Part shown: piece after piece, positions 39,577 to 53,260 of the stretch | Numbering within the stretch: position 1 is the stretch's first letter | How the letters are laid out: each line of letters begins with the position of its first letter | Source: Octopus bimaculoides | Taxonomy: Eukaryota | Length of the DNA: 64,000 bases | Reading direction: 5' to 3' | NCBI RefSeq assembly: GCF_001194135.2 | Contig: NC_068981.1 | Span: forward strand, 166,544,361 to 166,608,360 | Program-made: the position numbers and the translations under genes | Notes under the pieces: model-generated | Told to the model about the DNA's origin: nothing | The model's database searches: none | What the model saw: the letters and a program-made list of their open reading frames with translations, nothing else

Positions 39577-40839
39577 GCCATGGAACTCTCATCTGACATG
39601 CAACTAAAAGGCAGTATATTTTTATTTTTTACCTGCAGCTATGACTCTAGCTCCATCTTCAAGAGTTTAATTAATCATAGTACATATTGCATTTCTAGTA
39701 CTTATTTTATCGATCTCTCTGTTGAATCATTAAAGGAACATGACCATTTCATTTTTCTTTTGTTTTTTATCATTATTTTTAGACTAATGTAACCATAAGT
39801 ATAATGTCATGTTATTCATGAGTACAACTGGTAACCTGTAGTCCAATACATGACAGTAATGCATGGTCAGTTTGTCAGTGACTAAACCAGTTCCCTTCAC
39901 TAGGCTTGCCTGGTGAGGAGGGTTGCTACAAACCATGCAGGACAAAAACAATGCTAGTCAAAAGGACAGATAAACTCAGTGGAGAGTCAAGGATTATCTG
40001 GTAATCCTGCAACGATTTAGAAATTCTGGGTTAGTGTCTGGCATACTGTATGGTCACTGGATTTAGCTTTTGTGAAAACATGTCTCTAAGTGAAGGGACT
40101 ACTATATCTACAGCTAAACCAATAGTACAACTGGGTAGGTGGTCTGAACTTGGCAACCTTAGAGTGCAACTATACTAGGAAAAGGTCAACACCAAGATTA
40201 AACCCTCACTGCTTGTGGGTGCCTGCAAACAGGTGGAGCTTAAGGGAGTCAATCCCAATGATGAGTCAAATCAGAGAATTTGGAGCCCGCTAACCTTATT
40301 GATCCTGAAGGGAGCATTAAAACAATAATTGGTTAAGAATGGTAGTTGTATTTGAGGACCTAACCTTCATCTATGAGAATATTCATTTATTCAACTATAA
40401 ATATGGACAAACCTTGGCTTCTGCATAGTTTATGCCTCTTCTACCTTCCAGATAATGTGCATGTATGTGTGTCTTTGCCTGTCTGCATGTGTGTACCACC
40501 TGAGCTTCCAGGATTTTTGAGAGTTAGTGCTTAGTTCCAGTTTCAGAATGTGAAGGAGAGGAGAGATAAATCTACCCCTGGACAGGACACCAATCTATCA
40601 CAAGTAACATTCCCATGCAACCTTAATATCCATTCTTCACAACATTGATAACCTACAGCAATGTTGAAGATAGTGTATAACTACAAATAAAAAAACCTGA
40701 GACATATTTGAATTCTTCACTTATCCATACAAACTCCAATAGTTTATCAATTAACCCATATCACTTAAAGTTAGGATGATAAGTTTAATAGGGTCGCATT
40801 GAATTTATCCTAAATTATTTTTTATCATTTTGTGCACAT

Positions 40840-41185
40840 TTCTTTTATTGGTTTCAGTCATTGCATTATGGTCATACTGGTGCACCTTCAATTATATTGG
40901 ACGCAATATTAAGTCTGGTACTCATTTTATCAATCTATTTATTGAGTAACTTCAGTTTATCTTAAATTAGATTTTTTAGGGAATAAATACCTCAAGAACA
41001 AATGTGGATACAATCATGCATGCATATATACATAGACTCACACGCACACATGATGGCCTTCTACCAAATATCCACCAACTTAACTTTACTGACAAGGTAT
41101 TGGTAAACTCAAATGCTATAGTGGAAGATACTTATCCAAGATGCTGCTTGGTGTGTTTGAACCCAAAACCATGTGGTTGCCAAGT
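40840..41185 (-). mobile_element. SINE family 2, degenerate
   Basis: tttcagtcattgcattatggtcatactgg...gtggaagatacttatccaag...aaaaccatgtggttg. Confidence 0.65.
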
Positions 41186-42724
41186 GAACATTATAAATAT
41201 TATTGGTTGGGTTTTGCAGTATTCCTAATTTGTATTTGGAGCACAGCATTGTGACATGTTGCTCATTTACTAGACAGAAATAAATAACATTAAAAAAATT
41301 ACTGGTTGCCACATGTATGGAAAGAAAACATTTAAGAACCCATACATATCACAATATATGTGTAGAATGACTTTCTCATAATATATACATCCATATTTTT
41401 TAAATATGTACAGAGAGAATCATACATTAGTTTCATAAACATGCATGTCCTGTGATTGAACCACAGAGCTTTTGGTAGCTTTCTATGTGAGTCAAACTAA
41501 ATAGTTTCATCAGAGATCCCCTACCTCTGTTTTCCAAGCTGCCAAATGTGTCAAGTAGCATAAACTACGTCTAGAAATGTAAGCAAATTTATGAGAAGCA
41601 TATTAAAATTTACATAATATTATAAGGTTGGTGGCCAGGCATTTAATAGTTAGTCTTAGGCATTTAATAACTGGAATACCAATATACATAATTATGTATA
41701 TGGAGTCACATTCATGTTTTCAGTTGTTCTGTTAATCAATGAATTATCTTCCATCTTTCAAAAAATGTCAGTTCCATTTTTTTTCCTGATAGGAATAACA
41801 ACTCATTGTTAAAAGATATATTTATAAAGTGAAGTATGCACAGGTGCATAAATATATGTGTTTATAGATTCACATTGTTGGTATATAGTTGAGATTTTAA
41901 AAACTAATCCATGACAAATGGTGTGTAATTAATGAATAAGAGATGAAGGAAAAAATATCATGCTAATGGTAGTGCCAGTCTTGTATTAGCCTCTGAGTCA
42001 AAAGGTCACCACTGACATAGTGCACTACCAATAATAGGACACTGTATCACTTGCAGAAATACTTGTTGACTCTGTTGTCCCTACTGTAATTAGGTACTTA
42101 CTCTGTGTGTGTGTGTATTGTAAGCAATGATATTGCTTTGTCTCAAGTTGATCCTGATCAGAGGTATTCCAGTTGTTATTGGCTATCTGCTATATCTAGG
42201 ACTACATTATCTAAGGTGCCTTTTCTTTTTCGTTTCGTTTTTTTTTTTTTTTTTTTTTTTTGAGATGGAAGGAAATTAATAAGCTATTTCTAGTAAGTTG
42301 AGCAACAATGTTGAGTTTTCCTCATAAATGATGAAGTTGCTGTATAGCCTTCGATCATCACATAACAAGCAGTCTTATAACATTGCAGCATGCAATAACC
42401 AAATTTTTATTCCAGTTATGCCACACCTCCACCTCTCTGATAACCATACAGTGGCACTTCTCGTATCTAGTGAGTAATCATATGGAGGTATGCTGTAAGT
42501 CTGGGTGTATTGTATTCTCTTTGCTGTCACTTTGCTTCCGTATGCCCATAGATTCTGATGACACCCATAATAGGGAGTAGTCAAGATAGATTCAGTCAAG
42601 GATGTTCTACATTTATTATTTGGTGGCATGTATCCCAGCACAGTTTCTAGAACCAGTGAGGCTATTGATGTGTATGTTCTTTATGCTTGTCTACCCTGAG
42701 TAATAAACAGAGTTTGTAGGATAT

Positions 42725-43010
42725 CATCGTTTAACGTCCACTTTCCATGCTAGCATGGGTTGGACGATTTGACTGAGGACTGGTGAACCGGATGGCTGCA
42801 CCAGGCTCCACTCTGATCTGGCAGAGTTTCTACAGCTGGATGCCCTTCCTAACACCAACCACTCCGAGAGTGTAGTGAGTGCTTTTACGTGCCACTGGCA
42901 TGAGGGCCAGTCACGCGGTACTGGCAATGGCCACGCTCAAGATGGTGTTTTTTACATGCCACCTGCACAGGAGCCAGTCCAGCAGTATTGACAACAACCT
43001 CGCTTGAATG
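42725..43010 (-). mobile_element. Young RTE tail copy
   Basis: catcatcgtttaacgtccactttccatgctagcatgggttggacgatttgactgagg...ccactccgagagtgtagtgagtgcttttacgtgcc; CpGs intact. Confidence 0.88.
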
Positions 43011-43019
43011 ATTTTCTAG

Positions 43020-45150
43020 TTTGTTGGATATATTGTTGTAATATTGCTCCAGGGTGTATTTGTATTTGGGTGCTTGGTGATTGTTTTGTTTTTTTTAAAT
43101 CTTGTGGCTAAGACTGTCAAGGCTGAAACTTACTGTAGCAACAACTGGGCTGCTTGCATATGTTGAAGGTCTGGCATTTTTAATATTTATGTTTTGTTGT
43201 GTAGAGGGTCTGTAGATGTGGCTAATTTACAACCCTCTATGATGCATAGTGAGTTGTTCTGTATTCTTTATTTTATATGGTCGGAAGTGGAGAGATTAGG
43301 AAGAGCTGGCATGAAGAATATATATTGTTTAAGTATCATTGATGTTTCTTTCTGTTGTCCAAATGTGAGTGCCGTTTGTTTGTGCATTAGTTCACTTTCT
43401 TTATTGTCTTTTGTGTTTTGTGAATGTTTTACAGAGGAATTGTCTGTAACTCCCAGTAATTTTGTCTTCTGTATGAGATATGTTTATGTTGTTGAGTGTA
43501 ATAATTGGTTATATTTGATGTTCTCTAGTGCTGCTGCTTAGAATGAGACAATAGGTAACACTTTTAGTTTGTAATTTTGGAGCCAGGTTTGGAGGTGTTT
43601 GATGTGGCAGTTGAGTAGCTTTGCAGCTATGTCTGGAGAACCATGGGAGGATATCATCTACATATGAGGCTGTGTATATGTTAGGAAAACATGTTAGTAT
43701 AACTTGAAAAAAGTGGATAGAGGACAAATCTTCCAGTAACACGATTTGGGAAATTGAAAGTTTTGGAAGTGTGGTTTTTGATATTTGGCTTAGTAATCTA
43801 ACAGGTATTTTGCTAACAAACATGTTTGTTTGCTTCTTAAAGTGGTGTTATGTATTTTGTATATAAGTAGATAATAAGAATGAAGTTAAAAGTTTTGTTA
43901 ATGTTTTGGGGAGTTAGAATTGCATCAGAGAGGTCTTTTGTTTTTTTGTTGAAAATTTCATGGATATTCTGTGTTAGGTTCTTAAGTGTTGTGGTGGTCT
44001 ACATCTATGTTACATTTGATGAGGCACATGTGCAGGTTAGTAAAATCAAGCAATGAGCTTTCTTCAAATGTCTGAGGGTGTAATAGGAACATGATGCTAC
44101 ATGAATTGCTGTTTAGGGATTTTAGTATTATGATTTTGCCAACTTTCCACATTCTAGGAATTTGACATTTTGTATAAATTGTTGATCTTGGTTAAGTGCA
44201 GTGATTCCTTCAGGTCCTATGTGCTTTAGATGTATGTTTAATTTTCATAAAACCCTGACACTTCAGAGTTTTTCAATTTCTGTATTACTTTTTGGTGTTT
44301 GATGGAAGGAAAAGGTCAAGATCGTAGCTGAGCTGGAAAGATACATTTTCCTTCCTTTTGTGTTCCTCTTTGTGTGTTATTTGTCTCAAAGCATTTGCTT
44401 GTTGTTGAAGTATTGCTGTATTATTCAAGGTAATTATTGTAATCTGATCACAATAGTTGTATAGTTGTTGATCTTGCAAATTTCTCTACAGCATTTTACT
44501 ATTTTGTGATTTGTTGGATACAAATGTTAACCAGTTTTCTGTTTTTTTATGGTTTATTTCTTTATTTAGTCATTTCATGATGAATTTTATTCCTATTGTG
44601 TGTGGTGTTGGTGTATTGTGTTTGAGAGTGTCTTTAGTTTTAATCAGGATGGCTATTTATGTTTGAGTAATTGGGGTTCTATTTTTTATGCTGCCTTTTT
44701 TTTATTTTTTTTTTTTTTATACGAGTGTCTATAAGTAATTTGTTGAATGTATGTGCTGCAGTCTCTATGTTGGTGATTCTGTTTTTATGTTCCATGAATC
44801 TTAATCCAGTTTGCTGGTGGAACTGGTTTTACTGTGCATTTTTTTCTTCCAAAGTTTGTAGAAGTGTTTCTGCTTTTTATTATTGATGTGTGACTGTATT
44901 GTGATGGCAATGGGTAAATGAACAGAAGAGAGTTTGGATCCTTTTAGCATGTGGTTGTAGAAGAAGGTGATGCTTAGAGAAAGAGTTATTGTAGTTGGCT
45001 TCATGAGGTGTGTGGGTGTGTTGAAGTTGTTTAGGATGTAAAGAGGATCTAATTCTAATGCTACTGCTTTACCTCTTGCAGTACCAGTTTTTTTTCTGGA
45101 AGCCAGAATGTGTTGTACATGATATTTCCTCCAATTTTGATGTTTTATGT
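43020..45150 (-). mobile_element. Decayed I/Jockey-group LINE (endonuclease and RT remnants)
   Basis: Remnants of SxHLPIAITI (EN end), PRMWKVGKIIILK (RT start) and SYVDDI (YADD-like, in ORF 43509-43823); many stops. Confidence 0.7.
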
Positions 45151-45489
45151 ATTAATGTTGTAGGTTCATTGGGATTGTTTGTTTAGATCAGTGGCAGCAT
45201 TTTCTTTTATTCTTGTACTTGTTTTAGTCACTGGACTGTGGTAATGTTGCAGCACTGTTTTGAAGGGTTTAGTCAAACAAATTCAACTCTACAAATTTGT
45301 TCAATTAAACCCTTCAAAGTGGTGCCACAGTATTTAAATCTGGTATTTACTCTCTGGTCTCTTTTTGCTGAACTACTAAGTTGTATTCTATGTAAACAAA
45401 CCAACATTAGTTTTTAAGCAAAGATGCACATCCACACACACACACACACAACAAGCTTCTGTACAGTTTTTCTGCAGCAATTTCATTCA

Positions 45490-45660
45490 AAAGGTGCATG
45501 GCCTAGCGGTTAGGGTGTTGGGCTCATAATCACGAGATTGTTGTTTTGATTCCCAGACTGGCTGTGCATTTTGCTATTGAGCAAAACGCTTCATTTTATG
45601 TTGCTCCAGTCCACTCAGCTGTAAATAGGTAACCTGCCGACAGATTGGCATACAAGTGTG
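45490..45660 (+). mobile_element. SINE family 3 head fragment
   Basis: aaggtgcatggcctagcggttagggtgttgg...ttgattcccagac...ttgagcaaaacgcttcatttt. Confidence 0.75.
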
Positions 45661-45747
45661 AGATGGTGACTCAAGTAAATCACCTGAACAGAGGTCTTGT
45701 GAGCCACATTTTGTATTCAGCAACTGAGAAGGATGAATAGTATAACC

Positions 45748-45896
45748 CAGTGGTTCTCACCCATTTCACTATCAAAGACCCCCTTTTTATTTAAATGAGT
45801 TTTCTCACGGACCCCAGGATATTGAAAGGTCTGTCAGCTTAACATGCTGATGGACCCCCAGTACTACCTTTGCTGACCACAGGTTGGGAACCACTG
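45748..45896. mobile_element. hAT MITE, 149 bp
   Basis: TIRs CAGTGGTTCTCACCC and GGTTGGGAACCACTG; perfect 8-bp TSD gtataacc at 45740-45747 and 45897-45904. Confidence 0.93.
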
Positions 45897-47276
45897 GTAT
45901 AACCCATACTGTGAATCCCAACTGGTTGAGATTGGTTGTTCAACCCTGTCAAAGGGTATGTTGTAACACCTGATAAAAAAGGTAGAGATAAAATAAATAA
46001 TACAATAGCAATACAAAGTTAACTAAATATAATTGTTTCCCCGCAATACATTGCAATAGCAGCTATAATAAGATGGGAGGTACCAACACATACTCCTTTA
46101 TAGTTTTCATATGCTCTCTTCAAATAGTGATTGTTACATAGTAAAAGTTTCACCTTTGAATTTCCTGCCTTGCTGACAAATTATGTCAAATGTGGAAGAT
46201 GTTCATTATGCATAACACTACACAGCATGTGATGTGATCCATTCTGTTTATATAAATTTATTTAGTCCTGATATGAAGATTGCATTGGATAATAAGAACA
46301 TGTGATTAGCTTTTGAACTTCATTTCACCTCATCCTCATCAAAGAAGCATAAAACTGAAACATGTCCAAAGTTGTCTCCCTTACAAGCTGGAAACATGAA
46401 TATATTAGTCATTGACTGATAGTGTTTTCTTTTCCTCTTGCTTCATATTGATTTCTAGTTAGCTGTCAAATATTCCTTGTATCAGATGCCAATAATACTT
46501 GAGTATTGTGATGAGTGAATAAATAATACTTACCTATCACAATATAACTGTGTTACTTTTTAAAGTGAAAGGAAATTGTCCATGGCTCTTGGTGGCTTCC
46601 TTGAAATCAGAAAGAAAGAGTTGGATAAATGAGAATTGTGACCATTTATCTTAAACTTGAAAGTTTTAGATAGTGTTCGTATTTAAAAAAAACATTCATC
46701 CATCACAGTATTATATATGGCCTTTTGCTATGTTTCAAACACACAGTTTAATAAGGGAAAAGGTGATTTTACTTAATCTTGCACAAGTCTTGATTACTTT
46801 CCAATTGTAACTCATATGCGATATATTTTATTAGAAATATGTCCAAAAGAATTAAAGAAAGTAGCCCCATGTCACATAGTCTTTTCACTTTATTTTTTCT
46901 GAAATTTTCTATGCTAGTAGATCTTTATTGTTGTTCTATTAGATCTTGATAGTAGAAGTATCAGGTCATACTGTTCTATGTATGTACTGTTGTGCCTGTG
47001 TACACACTCACTCTCTCCTATATTGGGTGCCAGGCACTGGATAAGTTCAAAGCTAACCAATGTTAGCTTTGATTTTTGATTTTTTTTTTTAAGTCAATAA
47101 AATAAGTATGTGTAATATACATCACTGTAGTTGAATCAACTATACTTCTTCCTGTTACATGTGCAAGTGTTCGTGTATAGTCATATGCACACATGGATAC
47201 ACAAGTTCGCACTCATATATGCACTTAAATAAGCAGCTGCACACACTTTTACACACATGCACATACTCTCACACAT

Positions 47277-47330
<54 letters not shown>

Positions 47331-47493
47331 NNNNNNNNNNNNNNNNNNNNNNNNNNNNNNNNNNNNNNNNNNNNNNNNNNNNNNNNNNNNNNNNNNNNNN
47401 NNNNNNNNNNNNNNNNNNNNNNNNNNNNNNNNNNNNNNNNNNNNNNNNNNNNNNNNNNNNNNNNNNNNNNNNNNNNNNNNNNNNNNNNNNNNN

Positions 47494-47552
<59 letters not shown>

Positions 47553-48419
47553 CATGCATGCTCTTTTCCACTCATGTATACTTGCACTCTCTCATATACA
47601 CTTGTAATCACTCATGCACACCATCTCTGGTGTATACACTCATACACTTTCCCTTATATGCACTCTCTCCCTCTCTCTCTCTCTGTCTCATGCATGCTCA
47701 CATCCTCTTGATCTCTGTCTGTCTGTCTCTCTCTCTCTCACATACACACAATCACACACACACACACATACACACAAGAATGTTGATCGTACTATTTCTA
47801 TAAACCAATAATACACATAAGCTACAAAAAAAAAAAAGTTCATTTATCTGTCTAATGTAAGATGTGTTGAAGTGGTTTTAAAAGCATCCACTTCAAATGA
47901 TGCACAACTACTGTCTGTGATCATATTAGCATCAAAAACCATTTACTAACACGCACGGCAGCACTATAAATATCTTGGTAAACTTATGTGATGCTGTATA
48001 CTTTGTCTTTGAGAGCTTTTGCATGGTTTTCTTTTATACCATGAAAACATTATTGTCTCTAAGTCAGTAATAGAAATTGTAACCTATTTCATATTTATTG
48101 ATGTTTAAAGAGTAACATATTTTCACCCATCGTCTTGAATGATGCCATACCTAGAATAGAGGTAGACCAAAAAAAGAATTGAACAAAATAGTAATGGTGT
48201 TGTTTAGCTGCAAATTAGTCCTAATTGAGCAGACTTATGGTTAAAGGCATACCAGCTGTGATTATCTTGTCTTGTTTTAATAAGTACATTGAACCCCACA
48301 GCCAGTGATGTCATTCATTTTGAAGAAGACAGCAGGGTGTGACTTGAGGGAAGTTTAGCTGCTATTTCTAGCAGGTCTAGTGACCACAAAGAAGCACGTG
48401 TGTGTGTGTGTGTGTGCAG

Positions 48420-48790
48420 GTATGGCTATGGGGTTGAGAAGCTGGCTTTCTTACTATGTTGTTTTGGTTGCAGTCTCTCTGTGTGGTACTTTGAGCAAGT
48501 GTCTTCTATCACAGCCCTGGGCCAACCAAAGTGCATGTATGTGTGCACGCGTGCACTCTTAATCTTAACATCATGTGATAGTTGTAAACGAGCATCATTA
48601 TCATACACATGAGGTTGTTTGTTTCTTGTCTTCTGTAAAGAACATGTTTAGCTATGGGAAAATATTGCTTTGCTTGGAAACAGGTGAGGGTTGATGGCAG
48701 GAAAGGTACATGATCATAGAAAATCTGCCTCAACAAATTCTGTCAGACCCATTGAAGTATGGAAACATGGACATTACATTATGATGATGA
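48420..48790 (+). mobile_element. SINE family 2 head joined to an RTE-like tail
   Basis: ttgagcaagtgtcttctatcacagccctgggcc, then gggaaaatattgc.ttgcttggaaacaggtgagggttg...ggcaggaa...(GAT)n. Confidence 0.7.
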
Positions 48791-49319
48791 CATACTGTAA
48801 CATTGAGCAGAGTCAATGCTTTAATTGTAAGAAGAGTATATTAAACTGTAATTGTTCTATTAATATGCATGTTTGAATTTTCAAATATCTTAATCATGCT
48901 AGCTTAACAAAACTGGTTGTAGAATAACAAAAAATAGACATTAATAATGATAATGGTTTCTAGTATAGGCAACAAATATTTAGGGAGGTGTCCTCATCAT
49001 CATCTTTATCATTTAGCATCTGTTTTCCATGCTGGAATGAGTTGGATAGTTTGACAGGATCCCATGAGTTGCAGGGCTGCACCAAGCTCCAGTGTCTATT
49101 TTGGCATAGTTTCTATGGCTGGATGCCCTTTTCTAACACCAACCACTTTACATTGTGGACTGGGTACCATTTTTCATGCAACCAGCACCAGTGAGGTTGC
49201 CAAGTAACTTGCAAGACACAAAATGAAGGGGAAAAGAGTAAAAGAAACTAAGTGAGAGTATTTGAGAGGGAGGGGTGGTATGATAGAGGGACAAGTACAG
49301 GTGTCATGCTATAAGACCT

Positions 49320-49860
49320 TTGTCAGCCACTCTCCAACTATCTATTTAAAGCTGTATAAGGCTATGCGTCACCAGTCTGAAACCCCTATCTCTCTCAACA
49401 TATCAATTCCTGGAAACTGTTGAGAAACATACAACCAGATGAATACCTGCCGTCAGGCATCTACCATACACTGAATATCTTGCTTCCTTGAGCATGGACA
49501 CATTAAAGCTCTGATATCTGACAACTGACATAGTAGATACCCACAAGATTATCCACCATCTGTCCAACAACAACCTTGGACACCTTTTTTAATTCCATAT
49601 GTTTAACACTCATGGACATGTTTACAAAATCAAAAAAACAACACAGCACCCATGACTTTCAGAAACATTTTTTCATGCTCAGAATTGCTGAAACATGGAA
49701 TAATCTACCAGCATCAGTAGTTGGCTATTGAGACACTATATCTTTCAAAACTTTCATGCGTCCTGAAATGTGGCAGTACATCTGATGCCCTGCCACTCTT
49801 TTGTTTTTTGACAATTCATTCACTGTTCACTTCCTGTGCATTATTTTATGTACTGTTGAT
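49320..49860 (+). mobile_element. CR1-type LINE 3' RT fragment
   Basis: Remnants like LYKAM.....LE...LETVE, HGHVYKI.KQHS..DFQKHFFMLRIAETWNNLPASVV...SFKT, matching the CR1 C-terminus. Confidence 0.75.
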
Positions 49861-51404
49861 GCACTTTTGGCTGCTTTTTCTGATAGGTTAGAGTGCACCT
49901 GAGCACTGTATACAATGAGTTTATTATTGTGCTGGAGGCAATAACAGAGGTGATACATGACTGTCTCCCATTATATCAGTGGATGAAAGATGTAGGAAAG
50001 GGCAAGTGGAGAGCAATTAAAGTAAACCCAGTACTTGATTCATATTTATTTTATTGGGCCCCTCCCCCAAGAGATGAAAGACAAAATATAATTTACTTAG
50101 AAATTAACAAATGCATATGTTTTGGATATTTGTGAAAACAAGTGTTAGATGTTTCTTTTAACAGTAGTAAATCATCAATCAGGTATATAGTAATGTATGT
50201 GTCTATGTGTATATACATGTTTATATTTATGTATGCAGTTTATGTCTTTGTACAAGCATGTATATGTGTATGTATGCATGCATATATGTATGCACACGTG
50301 TGTATGTGTGTGTGTTTGTGAGTACCCTTATCTTGGCTTCATGAATGTAAACAAGCATAACTGTCATACAAGTGATGTTGTTAATTTCCAGTCTTCTGTG
50401 AAAAGTCATGATTGGCTATCAAGAAATATTATCTTGCTTGGAAACTGGCAAAACTTGGTGACAGGAAGGGCATCCAACTATAGAAAATCTGCCTCGACAA
50501 ATTCCATCTGACCCATGCAGGGATAAAGAAGTGGATATTAAATGACAATGATGATGATTATAATTCATATCTTTCTACAAATATGTCACATTCAAAAGCA
50601 CTCTGTGTATTCACATATCTTTCTCAATATATACTTGTCACCCTTTAAACCATTTCTCCGTGTTCACATAACATATTACATGCAACATGAGTATGAACTG
50701 TGTATGTAAATCCATGCAAGAGCAGAATACTCTTCTCTTCAAACTTGTGGTGTGTTTATAGTCTCTGGTCATCTAGTCTGTTTTCACTTTGTCGCTAGTT
50801 TAATGGCTTCAAACATTTAGAAAGTGGCATTCATGTCACACAAGTGTTTGATGTGCAGGTATCTTTTGCAGTCTTGTACAAATGAACCATTTATATATAT
50901 TTGATGCACTTTTGTGTATATTACATATGTCTATGTGAATTGTTGTGTACATTACTTTTAACTGCTATTTTGATACTACTTTGAGCTATTGTATATTAAT
51001 GACAGTCCCACTCTAAAGACCAGCACGACTATAAACTACTGTTGAGAAAATGCCGAAATAAGCATTTGTATGTATGCAAATACAATTACTACATTTGTTG
51101 CCTTCTCTATATAACCTGACAACATATATATGTATATATAAATATATAACCTTACAACGTATACATCATCAACGTTTAATATCCGTCTTGTATGCTAGCA
51201 TGGGTGGGACTCATCATCATCGTTTGTATGTATAAATTTGTGAGAGATAATATTTATCCTGACTTAGACTTGGATGTTCTGTTGGAACAAACTATACTGT
51301 GGTAGATGCCATGAGAGAAGTGCATTTTGCACCAAATGCCAATTTGTGTATTTCTCTCATGGTATCTACTGCAATATAGTTTGTTCTAACAGAACATCCA
51401 TGTT

Positions 51405-51780
51405 TAAATTCTTTTACTTGTTTCAGTCATTTGACTGTGGGCATACTGGAGCACTGCCTTTAATTGAACAAATTGACCCCAGGACTTATTCTTTGTAAGC
51501 CTAGTACTTATTCTATCGGTCTCTTTTGCCGAACTGCTAACTTACGGGGACATAAACACACCAACATCAGTTGTCAAGTGATGGTGGGGGGGACAAACAC
51601 ACAAATATATATATATGATGGGCTTCTTTCAGTTTCCATCTATCAAATCCACTCACAAGGCTTTGGTTGGCCCAAAGCTATAGTAAAAGACACTTGCCCA
51701 AAATGCCATGCAGTGGGACTGAATCTGGAACTATGTGGCTGGGAAGTAAGCTTCTTACCGCACAGCCACTCCTGTGCCTA
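51405..51780 (-). mobile_element. SINE family 2, near full length
   Basis: cttttacttgtttcagtcatttgactgtgg...aaatccactcacaaggctttggttggccc...cttcttaccgcacagccac. Confidence 0.85.
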
Positions 51781-52151
51781 TAAATGGGGCTAAATATTAA
51801 CTCTCAGTATTAATACTCCTTCTATTGCTAATATATATTTTTTAACAAGCTCACTGACTAATTACAACACCAGCACCTGTTCTGGCACTGTTTTTATATA
51901 TATTGCTATCTTTTGTGGTCAAACATCCATCATTGACATGATCAAGGAAGGCTGAAATCATGTGATCTGGTGGATTCAGCACTGGAGGTGGCAGGGTTCA
52001 TCTCTATACTAGCAATATAAACAAGAGTGCATTTTGCATCAAAAAGCCAACATGAAAGTTTCTCTCATGATATCTACTACAGTATAGCTTGTTCTAACAG
52101 AACATCTGTTTGAGATTAATATTAATTCTTAGTATTACTACTGCCTCTGTC

Positions 52152-52187
<36 letters not shown>

Positions 52188-52210
52188 GTGTGTTTGCTTT
52201 TCTTTTTCAG

Positions 52211-52301
52211 TTTCTACATCAATCACAATACCAAGAAGACTCAGTGGGAACCTCCACAATGGGAGCCAGCAGATTCTACCTCACACCAATCTGCTTCAAC
52301 A
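52211..52301 (+). CDS. Exon 2: second half of the WW domain (Y-FYINHNTKKTQWEPPQWEPADSTSHQSAST)
   Basis: Acceptor tttttcag|T and donor ACA|gtgagt; 91 nt, phase 2 to phase 0; completes LPPGWE...YFYINHNTKKTQWEPP. Confidence 0.92.
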
Positions 52302-52509
52302 GTGAGTGTCTCTTTTTTAATTGAAAATATGTGATTTGTAAACATGAAGTTAATCTCTCTAATGGGCACGTTGGGTTTGCAGGTTATTATGATAGGGATT
52401 CCTTCATTTTTCTTTCTTACTCTCTGCCATAACATTTTTGGGGTACACTAATTCCACAGATTGCGCTCATGCTTGCAGATAGCTAGTCAGTGTTGTGTTC
52501 ATTCATTAT

Positions 52510-52739
52510 ATTTAATGCTTTAGCTTTTAAACCAGCCTTATTTGGCCCAAATATTCTGCTTGCTTTACGTTCAAACTAGCCAGATCTGGCCTCTTACACC
52601 TACCTTATGATGTCATTCTGAAAATAAATAATCACGTTAGCAAAATATTGACCCTACAAAATGATGCATGATTAGTTCAAGACAGTGTGAGCAAATAAGC
52701 ATTACATTTGACAGAGTAATCGAAATGCTAAAGGGTTAA
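52510..52739. mobile_element. piggyBac-type MITE, second TTAA family
   Basis: Degenerate left end ttaatgctttagc, right end aatgctaaagggttaa. Confidence 0.65.
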
Positions 52740-52889
52740 TATTGTTCAGTATGAGCTGATGATGATACTGATGTGTTTGCATGGGCTCCTTCAGGCATGC
52801 TTACCTGAGGGCAGCCATTTCTCTTCATGGACACTTACTCTTAAATCTTGTGATAAATCATCACACACAAGCTTATCAGTTAAAGAAAT

Positions 52890-53260
52890 TTCAGAGTTTT
52901 ATCTATCTGTCTGGTCAAGTTACTTGCCTAGTCCAATACAACTCTTCCATACCAGATGTCCTGATCTTCAATAGCAATCTTCATATCTTCAACCTGATAT
53001 CCAGTGTCTTCCACAAGTTGATCAATATGATCTTCTTTGTCTGCTGTTTCTTGGCTTATTGACTCAATTCAAAGAGTAGTGTCTGTTCTTAGCTTAATAT
53101 CTGACACAATCCTTATTTGGGGCCATCAGTGTTAAACTGGTTTTTAGAACTAGATGAGCGAGGGACTTCTTTCACTTTGCCATGAGTTGGCCTGGTATTT
53201 CAGTACTTCCAGGATTCATAAGAGCACAAATATTTCCTTAAAGTGAGTCTATGATAATGC
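52890..53260 (-). mobile_element. RTE-clade LINE C-terminal remnant
   Basis: Remnant DHIDQLVEDTGYQVEDMKIAIEDQDIW, resembling the RTE GRP...YID.L..D......DR..W terminus. Confidence 0.5.
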
